Shown here: in pieces, positions 54,992 through 64,000 of the stretch | Layout of the letters: each line of letters opens with the position of its first letter | Position numbering within the stretch: position 1 is the stretch's first letter | DNA from: Ascoidea asiatica JCM 7603 | Taxonomy: Eukaryota > Fungi > Ascomycota | Direction: 5' to 3' | Assembly (NCBI GenBank): GCA_001600695.1 | Contig: BCKQ01000006.1 | Span: 589,516-653,515 of the forward strand | Length of the DNA: 64,000 bases | Program-made: the position numbers and the translations under genes | Notes under the pieces: model-generated | Told to the model about the DNA's origin: nothing | Databases searched by the model: none | Seen by the model: the letters and a program-made list of their open reading frames with translations, nothing else

Positions 54992-55287
54992 GTAATAGTA
55001 ATACAAATTATACAAAAAATTCATCAAATTTATTACCAACTTCAATTTTTAATTATCCATCATCATTAGAAACTAGAACTTCAATAATAAGTACACTTAT
55101 TTTTGCACCACCGAAATATACAACTGTAGTTGGATCAGCAACAGATAATTCTAATTCTAATTCTAATTCTAATTTAAATGATAATACAAAACTTGCTTCA
55201 AATGCTGTTGAATCTAATTTTGGTAATAGAATTGAAATACCTTTTAATTTTAAATTAATTTCAAAATTTATTCTTTTTTTCTTATGA
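54067..55287 (+). CDS. Secreted Ser/Thr-rich cell-wall protein (probable GPI, Cwp1-like domain); first ATG at 54067
   Basis: Signal peptide MKLFNFLIIYILLLLI, beta-rich N-domain, S/T-rich stalk, hydrophobic C-terminus; paralogous to 56310..57107. Confidence 0.65.
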
Positions 55288-56309
55288 TTTTTATGATTTT
55301 TATGATTTTTATGATTTCCATTTCTTTCTTCCTTGCTTTATTTTTAATTTTTTTTTTTCTTTTCATAATTTCCTCCCTTTTTTTATATAGTCTAACTCTT
55401 TATAGTTACTCTTTTTCTTTTTCTTTTATTATTTATATTACTTCTTATAAATGGATACTCAAAATGAAATAAAAACAAGGTTAAAGAAGAAACAACTCCA
55501 AATCAAACAACAAAATTCAAAAAAGTAAACAGAGACCACAAACATGGATGTTCTTTGCCTACTTATTTTTATTTTTCTCTATCAGGTGATTCACAAGCCC
55601 GGTCTCTAGTTGCAGGCTTGTTGTGGCTGGTCAAGGGCTGGTCAAGCCATTTCTTTCTCAGCGTCTTTTTCCAATTCATTTTTGCTTTCTCTTTTTGCTT
55701 TTTCTGTTGTTTTTCTGTTGTTTTTCTGTTGAATTTCTGTTGTTTTTCTTTGGACATTCCTGTGGCTTGCTTGTGGCTTTGAAAAGCGCCAGCACCAGAA
55801 CGCACTTGCACGCCCCGGCACTCGGCCTCGGCTGAACCTTAGTTAACGTTGCAACTCTGAAATTTCCATTTTCTTGTTTCTGCCTGTCGAATTTCACCAT
55901 TTTACCACCACTGAAATCTAATCTCATTTAATCTCATTTAAACTCATTCAATCTCATTTAAACTCATTTTATTTCATTCAATCTCAGTAAAGAAAACAAA
56001 TAAAATTGATGGAAATAAACCATCACAGACATCACTTATTGATTCGTCATCAATTTCACCATGTAATATGTAAATAACCAAAATATACTCAATAATATAT
56101 CTACCAATGACTTTGTTTAATGTTTGATACTTTTTCTTTTATTTATTTCCAAATATCTTGGATTAAAAAAAAAGATTTTTAATTCTTTTCATTCTTTAAT
56201 CTCTTTAATATTTTCATTCTTTCATAAAATAATCTAATCTCATTTAATCTCATTTAATCTCATTTGATTTGATTTACTTTAATTTACTTTAATTTAATTT
56301 CAATTAATA

Positions 56310-57107
56310 ATGAATTCATTAAAATTTGATTTTTTTACAATAATTTTATTAATATCTTTAATTAATTTATCTTTTGCAATAACAAAAAATTTCACTTTAT
56401 CTTTATTAAATACAACTGATCAATCATCTTCAAATTTATATTTATCTGGAAATTATTTAGAAATTAATTCTGATAATAATGATTTAATAATTTCAACATC
56501 TTCTTCATCATCATTTGTAATTTTTCAAGGTTATTTATTAAATGATACTTCTATAAAATCTATAAATGATAATTTTAATACAAAATATTTATCAATAGAT
56601 TTTACTTCTGATAATATTTTACAATTATCTGATACTCCAACTTATGGTTTTGAAATTTTAAATAATTTTTTATATTTTGAAGCTAAAACTTTTTCAAATA
56701 ATGGTTATTATTCTATTGAAATTTCTGATTCTGATTCTACAATTTATAATTTACTTTATGATCAATCAAATTCAAATCCATATTATAATTTATCTATTTC
56801 TTATGATTCTATAATATCTTCATCTTCATCTTCATCTTCATCTTCATCTTCATCTTCTACAAGTACTATTTCAACAAAATCAACTTCAATAACTTTTGCA
56901 ACTACTGCTTCAACTTTAGATTATAGTATTTCAGTAAGTTCTGGTGTAACTATATTTTATGGTCCATATTATACAAGTTCAGTTATAACTTCAGGTTCTG
57001 TTACTTCTATAAATTCTTCATCAAGCTCATCTAATTCTGCTTCAATTTTTATATTATCTGGTTTACTTATTTCTTTTACAAATATCTTAACTTTATTAAT
57101 ATTATAA
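56310..57107 (+). CDS. GPI-anchored cell-wall protein (Cwp1-like domain)
   Basis: Signal peptide, poly-Ser/Thr region, omega-like SNSA followed by hydrophobic tail IFILSGLLISFTNILTLLIL. Confidence 0.75.
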   Translation: MNSLKFDFFTIILLISLINLSFAITKNFTLSLLNTTDQSSSNLYLSGNYLEINSDNNDLIISTSSSSSFVIFQGYLLNDTSIKSINDNFNTKYLSIDFTSDNILQLSDTPTYGFEILNNFLYFEAKTFSNNGYYSIEISDSDSTIYNLLYDQSNSNPYYNLSISYDSIISSSSSSSSSSSSSSTSTISTKSTSITFATTASTLDYSISVSSGVTIFYGPYYTSSVITSGSVTSINSSSSSSNSASIFILSGLLISFTNILTLLIL

Positions 57108-57163
57108 ATTTATTTCATTCATTTTATTGTACATTATTTTATTCCATATTAAAGTAATTTTTC

Positions 57164-57194
<31 letters not shown>

Positions 57195-57259
57195 TATATA
57201 TAATCTTCTTGTATTTTATATAGATTTGATTTATTTACAAAAATTTACAAACAAAAAAT

Positions 57260-59581
57260 CTATTTTAAACCTCGCTTTTCTAAAATATCTTCAACATAAT
57301 TATTATATCCCATTCTAAGTAATTTTACTCTTTTTTTATGAATTCCTTTTATTGCTTCTTTTTTAATTTTAGTTTTATAATTTCTCATTTTTAATTGTTC
57401 TTTTTTATTATTTTTTATATAAATTTTTTCTTCTTTTGAATTATTTTTTGAATTTAAAATACCTTTAGATACTATATTACCTAAAATTGATGATCCTTCA
57501 ATATAATTATTACTCATTTTAACTTTATTTAAATCAAAAGGTATATTTTCAATTTCTCCATTATTAAATTTATTAATATCTTCATTTAAATCCCAAATCA
57601 TATTTTCAAATAAAAAATTTTTTAATTTAATTTCTTCTTCATTTAATTTTTCATTTAATTTCATTGATTTACATCCATTATTTTTATCAATTAAAGCTCT
57701 TGATCTTGCTTTTGTTATCCAATATCCAAAATTTCCTGAATTTTCATTTTTAAGTTCAAAAATCATTTCATTATATATAATTTTAAAAATATTTTGAAAA
57801 TATTTATTATATGTCATTTTTGATCCTGATTTTATTAATTGTAAAAAAGTTTCTGCATTTGGTTGAATTTTAAATTTTTTTTTAAATGTATTATATATTG
57901 AAAATGATAAATCTAATCTATTTAAATCTGCAAAATTTCTTAAAAATACATTCATTATAATAATCATTGAACTTTTAAATTTTTTTTTTTCAATATTTGG
58001 ATTTTGATATATAATTTTTTTAAAATATATCCAACTTTCTTCAAATCTTTCATTATTAGTTTTTAATCTCAATTTATTATTATTATCATCATTAATAAAT
58101 TTTTCCTTTCTTTTATTTATAATTTTATGAATTATAGCTTTTATTGAAACTTCATCTATTAATTCTTTATTTGATAAAGTTACTTTAATAAAATCTTCAG
58201 TTATACCTTTATCTTCCATTAAATCAATTATCATTCTTCTCATTAATTTACAATTAATTTTTTTATCTAAATATTTAGTAATAAATTTAAAATAAAAATA
58301 TTTTAATTCAACATTTGGTAAAATTTTATAAATTAAAGTATATGTAGCATCATCACAAATAATTTTATTAAATCTCATTTGAATTAAAATATTATTTAAT
58401 CTAATTAATGGATTAATAGTATTTGATAAAGCTTTTGTTTGAAATGATAAATATTTTAATAAAACATTAAAAGTAAAAGTATTTGGTTTAAATTTTTGTA
58501 CTTTAATTAATTGATCAAAAAGTAAATTTAATTTTTTAAGATTATTATTTTTTTGATAAAATTGCATTGCAAAATTATATGAATTAGTATTTAAAAATTT
58601 TTTATATTTTTCAAATTCAATTATAAAAATTTTATCAATTAAATATGAAATTATACCATTTTGACCTGAAGCATTTTTAAAATGAAAATTTTTTGATGTT
58701 AAAATAAATAAATAATTATTTAAAATTGAAGTATCTAAATTTTCAATTTTTGGTAATATTGGTAAAATATCTGTATAAATATCTCTTTTTTCTAATAAAT
58801 TTGAAAAATCTGGTTTTGTTGATTTAATATTTTCATTTATTAAATTAGATGAAATTTTTCTTTCTAATTCGCTAAAATCAATCAAACTTGTTTCAAAACC
58901 AGACTCAGGATTTTCAAAATTTAATGGACGACTTGAATTTGAACTTGATTTTGGATAAAAATCTAAAGAAGATGGATGCTTATTTAAATTTGATTCCCTG
59001 AAAACTAAGACCAAATTTTTAATGATTTCTTTAAACATTTCTTGATCATTTAATTTATCTTCATTATCATATAATTTATATTTGGGAATTTTATATAATG
59101 CTTGTTTTTCCTCATTTGGTCGTCTTTTATTAAAAATTCCTTTTAATGGATGATTTGAAGTTTCTAATTTATATGATTCTAATATTCTACCAAAAGAAGA
59201 ATCTTTTCCAATTAATGGAAGAATCTCTTGCAATTCCAAGTTATGCATTTCTTTAAGTTCTTTTGTTTTATCTTGCTTTAACTTGGCAGTATCATTTTCA
59301 CTTTTGACATTTTCATTTACTTTATCATTTTTATCTAAATTTTGAGAATTTTCTTCATTTGGGTGTGACTTATTTTGAAACTCTCCTAGTTGTATATTAC
59401 CATAAATATTCTTATTGGCTTGTCGCACTAAGGGTATTCTTGGACCATCATTCTCTTTAATTGGAACTGTTAATTTTCTTTTAATAAAAGCAGAAGTTAG
59501 AGGTTTTGAAGAAATTGTATAAAATTTTCTTAGTCTTCGTGTGTGTCTATATATTATTACTTGTGATTTATAATTAAACAT
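57260..59581 (-). CDS. AEP3: Mitochondrial pentatricopeptide-repeat protein, Aep3-like
   Basis: Basic presequence; PPR motifs (SYNFAMQFY, KPNTFTFNVLL, QPNAETFLQLI); YLFILTSKNFHFKNASGQNGII recalls Aep3. Confidence 0.55.
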   Translation of the reverse strand: MFNYKSQVIIYRHTRRLRKFYTISSKPLTSAFIKRKLTVPIKENDGPRIPLVRQANKNIYGNIQLGEFQNKSHPNEENSQNLDKNDKVNENVKSENDTAKLKQDKTKELKEMHNLELQEILPLIGKDSSFGRILESYKLETSNHPLKGIFNKRRPNEEKQALYKIPKYKLYDNEDKLNDQEMFKEIIKNLVLVFRESNLNKHPSSLDFYPKSSSNSSRPLNFENPESGFETSLIDFSELERKISSNLINENIKSTKPDFSNLLEKRDIYTDILPILPKIENLDTSILNNYLFILTSKNFHFKNASGQNGIISYLIDKIFIIEFEKYKKFLNTNSYNFAMQFYQKNNNLKKLNLLFDQLIKVQKFKPNTFTFNVLLKYLSFQTKALSNTINPLIRLNNILIQMRFNKIICDDATYTLIYKILPNVELKYFYFKFITKYLDKKINCKLMRRMIIDLMEDKGITEDFIKVTLSNKELIDEVSIKAIIHKIINKRKEKFINDDNNNKLRLKTNNERFEESWIYFKKIIYQNPNIEKKKFKSSMIIIMNVFLRNFADLNRLDLSFSIYNTFKKKFKIQPNAETFLQLIKSGSKMTYNKYFQNIFKIIYNEMIFELKNENSGNFGYWITKARSRALIDKNNGCKSMKLNEKLNEEEIKLKNFLFENMIWDLNEDINKFNNGEIENIPFDLNKVKMSNNYIEGSSILGNIVSKGILNSKNNSKEEKIYIKNNKKEQLKMRNYKTKIKKEAIKGIHKKRVKLLRMGYNNYVEDILEKRGLK

Positions 59582-60040
59582 TGCTCATTTTACTTATCTT
59601 TGAAGTAACATAAGTATCATTGTAGTTTCCTTTCTTTCATGAGGTTTCATATTTCAGAATTATAAGATTAAAAAAGTTATCAACATTAAATAGTTTCTTG
59701 TCATCAAACACTTCTCTTTGATTTGCCACACCCCAAAAACCAATAAACCTTCTTTTGAATCTTCTTGTGAGATTGATTCAATGCAAACTTTGCTAATCGA
59801 CTCAGCGCTTAAATCACGTGCCGTTATTATTGCGGTTAAATCACTCAAACTATTAACTCAGAGCGCCTCTCAGGTAAATAAAAAAAGAATAGTGAATAAA
59901 TATATTAAAGTAACAATAAAATGGGTTCATTCGTTTCTATTTACAATAATTATTTACAAAATATTAAAATGGTCTTTTGAATAAAGGATATTTTGAAAAC
60001 AAATGAACTTATTTTTTTTTACTGAAAGTTCATTATAATC

Positions 60041-61744
60041 TCAATTCATTTCAATTTTATCTTCATAAATGTTCTCAAGAACTTTCTTTTGTTTTTGTAA
60101 TTCTAAAAGTTTTTTCTCTTCTCTTTTCTTTTGTTTATCCTGTCTTTCTTTCTTTTTCAACTCTTTTAATTTTTTTTTATCTAATCCTTTATCATTATTA
60201 CTATTCAATATTGGATTATCGGCTATTTCTTCATCTATGTTAATAGTTTCTTTATCTGAAATGAAATCTTGTTCTAGTGAATTATTTACATTGGATTTGG
60301 CAATTGTATTTTCTTTTGTAGATGCTTTTCCTGTAGTTGTAATAAATGCCATCATTTTACTTTTCACATCACCAGTGAATTTATATTTGAATTTTATATT
60401 TTCCTTGGTTTTTTCTAAAAAGGTTTTTAATGATTCTACTATTTGATTTCTTTGAACTAATTCTAAAGGATCAAGTTTTTTAACTTTTTTTTCAATTTCA
60501 ACTCCATTCTCAGTCTTTTTTTCAGTTTCAGTATCAGATACTGAAACAGATTTTTCTCCATTTTCTTTTTTTATTTCAATTTCCAATTCAGAAGCAGATT
60601 CTGTTTCATTCTCATTAAATGTTGATAAATCTAAATTTTCAACTGATAAAGTTTTTTTATTAAAAGAATTTTTATCAGCTAACATTAATAAAATTTTTTT
60701 ATTTTTAGAATTAATTGAATTATTTGAACTATTTAATAATTTTAAAATTTCATTAAATTTTTGATTACCTAAATCTTTAAGTGATGAATTCCAACTAATT
60801 TTAATAATTTTTAAATTTAAATTTGAATTTGAATTTTTTGATTTATTTTTTTCAATTTTTTTTTGAAATTCTGGATTTAATTCTTTTAATTTAATTTCAT
60901 ATAATTTATCTGAAATTCTTTTTAATAAAAGTTTATTATCAATTAATTTAATTAATGGAATTTTAATATTTGGTTCATTTTTAGATTCTGTTATATTTAC
61001 AATTGATGGTGACATTTTAAGATTAATTAAATTATATTTAACTGAATTTTTCTTAAAAGTTGTTGATGAATTATAATTGGAATTTGAATTATAATTAGAA
61101 TTTAATTGAACTTGTGGTTGACATAATTTATATAAATCAAGAAAAGAAATTTCTTGAATTTTATTTTCATTTGGAGGTATGAAATTTATATAACCTCTTG
61201 GATTCATATTTTCATAAATTTCTTTAGTTAAATCATTAAGATAAATATTTAAATTATCATTTTTAACATCCCATTTTATATTAATTCTTTTTCTATTTTT
61301 ATTACCAGATGTTTTAATGTTATTTTTATTGTTACTATTATTATTATAATTATTGTTATAATTATTGTTATTATTATTGTTGAAATTATTATAATTTTGA
61401 TTACCGTTTGAATAATTATTATTCTTATTTAGGATTCTTTGATGATTTGGTTTTTTTAAACCAAAAGAAAATTCTGGATCAAGAGATTTTGTTGAAGGTC
61501 TAATTCTACTTGATTTGTTTGTCTTAAGACTTGAAAGTATATCCTTATTTCTGATTTCTCTTTTAAGACTATTAAAAGTATTCAAATTATCTAAAGATTT
61601 TCCAATTAATGAATTAAGATCCTTTTCAATACTATTATCATTACTGTTTTTATTTCTATTAATACTATTTAATATAATGTTATTCTTACTTGAAAGAAAT
61701 CGTGTAGATATTTTTGAATTTTTAAGAAACATATTTTTTAACAT
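60041..61744 (-). CDS. AIM23: Mitochondrial translation initiation factor 3 (Aim23)
   Basis: Presequence; IPLIKL...SDKL; KIIKISWNSSLKDLGNQKFNEILKLL; Lys-rich C-terminus. Confidence 0.7.
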   Translation of the reverse strand: MLKNMFLKNSKISTRFLSSKNNIILNSINRNKNSNDNSIEKDLNSLIGKSLDNLNTFNSLKREIRNKDILSSLKTNKSSRIRPSTKSLDPEFSFGLKKPNHQRILNKNNNYSNGNQNYNNFNNNNNNNYNNNYNNNSNNKNNIKTSGNKNRKRINIKWDVKNDNLNIYLNDLTKEIYENMNPRGYINFIPPNENKIQEISFLDLYKLCQPQVQLNSNYNSNSNYNSSTTFKKNSVKYNLINLKMSPSIVNITESKNEPNIKIPLIKLIDNKLLLKRISDKLYEIKLKELNPEFQKKIEKNKSKNSNSNLNLKIIKISWNSSLKDLGNQKFNEILKLLNSSNNSINSKNKKILLMLADKNSFNKKTLSVENLDLSTFNENETESASELEIEIKKENGEKSVSVSDTETEKKTENGVEIEKKVKKLDPLELVQRNQIVESLKTFLEKTKENIKFKYKFTGDVKSKMMAFITTTGKASTKENTIAKSNVNNSLEQDFISDKETINIDEEIADNPILNSNNDKGLDKKKLKELKKKERQDKQKKREEKKLLELQKQKKVLENIYEDKIEMN

Positions 61745-62387
61745 TATGAGAATATTTAGTTCATATTATAAACTTTTTGATAATAATTCAGTACGGTGAA
61801 ATTTCCAATAAATAATCTAATGAATCTATCAATATCTTTAACCTTTTTTTAATTAATATTCAAGTATTTTAGGATTTACTTTTCTAAATATATCCAATAC
61901 TATTTACCAATATTATTTCAATTTTATTTTTCTTTTAATTCTGAGAAATCAAAATCACCTTTTATGCTTAAGGTTTCTTTTGAAAAATATTAAAAATGTG
62001 AAAATCCCTCATAATTTTAAGATATTGTTGGTTTTTTAATTTCTCAAATTTTTTATTGTTACTGGATATAGAACTTAAACCCCGTGATAATGGACTTTGG
62101 CTTTACCATCCACGGAAAAAAGCATTTCTCTTATGGTGGATCTCGATTTATCTATTAAATGAAATGATATCAAAAAAATAAAAATGAATATTGAACTATA
62201 TTCAAAAAAGAACATCCAAGAGATAATTATCTGATTATGAAATAATGTATCTGCAATAAAATAATAACCTCTTTCAAACATTCAAGATTTTCCAGATTCT
62301 ATGGTCAAAATTTTTTGAAAATCAAAATGAAAAGGTTAATTAAGTGCTACAATATTTATAATAATGGAATAATATTTTTTTTGATGA

Positions 62388-62849
62388 TCAAATAGTGATT
62401 TTGTATTTGATTGTTCAGGATTACCAATAACTTTTAAAACTGCTTTACAAGCTTTAAAACCAAGAGGTACTTTAGTTAATTTAGCTATATGGCCAAATAA
62501 ACCAATTGATTTTTTTCCAATGGATATGACAAGTGGTGAAAAAAGAATAACAGGTTCAATGTGTTATACAATTGAAGATTTTGAAGGTATTATAAATTGT
62601 ATGGCTAATGGTAAAATGAATTTAGAAAATGTTAAAAAATTAATTACTGGTAAAGTTGAAATTGAAAATGCTATTCAAGGTGGTTTTAAAGAATTAATTG
62701 AAAATAAAGATAAACATATTAAAATTTTAATATCTCCATTAAGTTTAAATGAAAATGGTGAAATTATTAATTCTACAGAATCTATTCAACAACAAAAAAC
62801 ATCACAGACATCAGAGACATCAGAGACATCAGAGGAATTAAAAGAATAG
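62388..62849 (+). pseudogene. 5'-truncated (R,R)-butanediol dehydrogenase (BDH1/BDH2-like MDR) fragment
   Basis: Frame is open from 62388: DFVFDCSGLPITFKTALQALKPRGTLVNLAIW...PMDMTSGEKRITGSMCYTIEDF...LITGKV...GFKELI..KD..IKILISP. No Zn-binding N-terminal half, and no room for it before AIM23. Confidence 0.85.
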
Positions 62850-62907
62850 AAAGAATCATATAATCTTGGACTGTATTATTTTGCAATTGCATTTTTACTT
62901 TATATTT

Positions 62908-62938
<31 letters not shown>

Positions 62939-64000
62939 TTACTTATAGATTTCATTAATTATCTTTATGTTATCAATTATCATATATATCATCCCCATTA
63001 TAATTATTATCTTTTTTATCATCTTTTTTACATATGTTTATTTCAATCAAATCTTCATTATCTTATTATTCGTATTCTATGGATTCTCGAGTCAATTTTC
63101 ATAATCTAAGCTATTTTTACTCCCTAAGAATATGAATTAAACGATTAAAAATAACTTTGGCAATTTTTTGGAATAATATATCAACTTTGCACTTCACTTC
63201 ACTTCACTTCTAAATTAAAAACATGAATATCAATCAATACTCGAATAGAATGATATTCGAATAACAATAGAAATAGAAATAGAAACTGAATAAAATGAAT
63301 ATAGAAAATGAATATAGACTGAAATATAATACGAAATTAAATCGGCATTTACACGCACATAGCAACTACACTGCAATTACCGTACTTAGGGACTACACGC
63401 CTGTGCTTAGTCTATTTGTCTCGGGATCCAAAAGAATGGCGTCGAATAAAGCATAATTCCAGAAAAGAATGAGAGAAATTGAAGATTGAAGATTGAAGAT
63501 AGGAAACCTTGTTTGGAAAGCATGAAGCTTGAAGCTCTGGTTTCTATTTTAAATATACTGCCAGCAACCTATTGTTCTGAATCAGTGTATCGATATATTT
63601 AATTGCTATTCGACAATCAATGTACCTCATTTCTTATTCCTTATTCCTTATTCCTATATTGATTATTGCTCATATTCCAGCAAGCTTTCTTATTTGACTG
63701 GTCTGGGTCCTAACTTTATTATTTAGAAATACAAGTTCGAGGGAGAGACCTTTGGCTTTTATCTAGAACAAGTTACTTAAAATACAATGATTATTTCCAT
63801 AATGAAAAACTATTATTAGTATTCTCAAACTTCCACTTCTTTTTTATTTTTACTTTCACTCTTTTATATATAAATAGTGGTTTTTCATATAAAAGCAAGT
63901 CAATGGCACTCTATTTTAAATATTTCACTTCAATATTTCCTCAATATTTTTTGTAATAACATTACCTATTAACAAAATAATATACATAACTACATCTATT

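Noticed and set aside
55284-55472. Hydrophobic ORF overlapping the upstream stop (ATGA) as a coupled gene or frameshifted tail
   Set aside because: Explained by an ATGATTTTT 9-mer repeat and T-rich 3' UTR.

Overview
This is eukaryotic DNA from a very AT-rich budding yeast (Saccharomycotina). The poly-Asn-laden proteins and CTG codons in Ser-like contexts suggest a CUG-Ser lineage such as Ascoidea (inference). Recognisable genes: 5' end of a uric acid/xanthine (NCS2) permease, SSU72, a Snf3/Rgt2-clade sugar transporter, YKT6, MEX67, two-exon DBP2, RPC19, DSL1, a UBL3/MUB-type prenylated ubiquitin-fold protein, TGL1, a PNPOx-like protein, PBN1, KAR9, two tandem GPI cell-wall paralogues, an AEP3-like PPR protein and AIM23. 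Features the ORF track misses or misreads: (1) a membrane-protein gene split by a 2x75-bp insertion bounded by a 21-bp triplicated target sequence; (2) a second, decoy-like TACTAAC near the DBP2 5' splice site; (3) a decayed HAD 'Swiss-army-knife' RNA-repair-family pseudogene; (4) a divergent pair of odd CorA-like genes, one broken by a stop and a frameshift; (5) a spliced 70-aa microprotein; (6) a 5'-truncated BDH pseudogene; (7) a catalytically dead aspartic protease. No tRNA, rRNA, CRISPR array or intact transposon was recognised. All homology calls are from recognition of motifs, not database searches.
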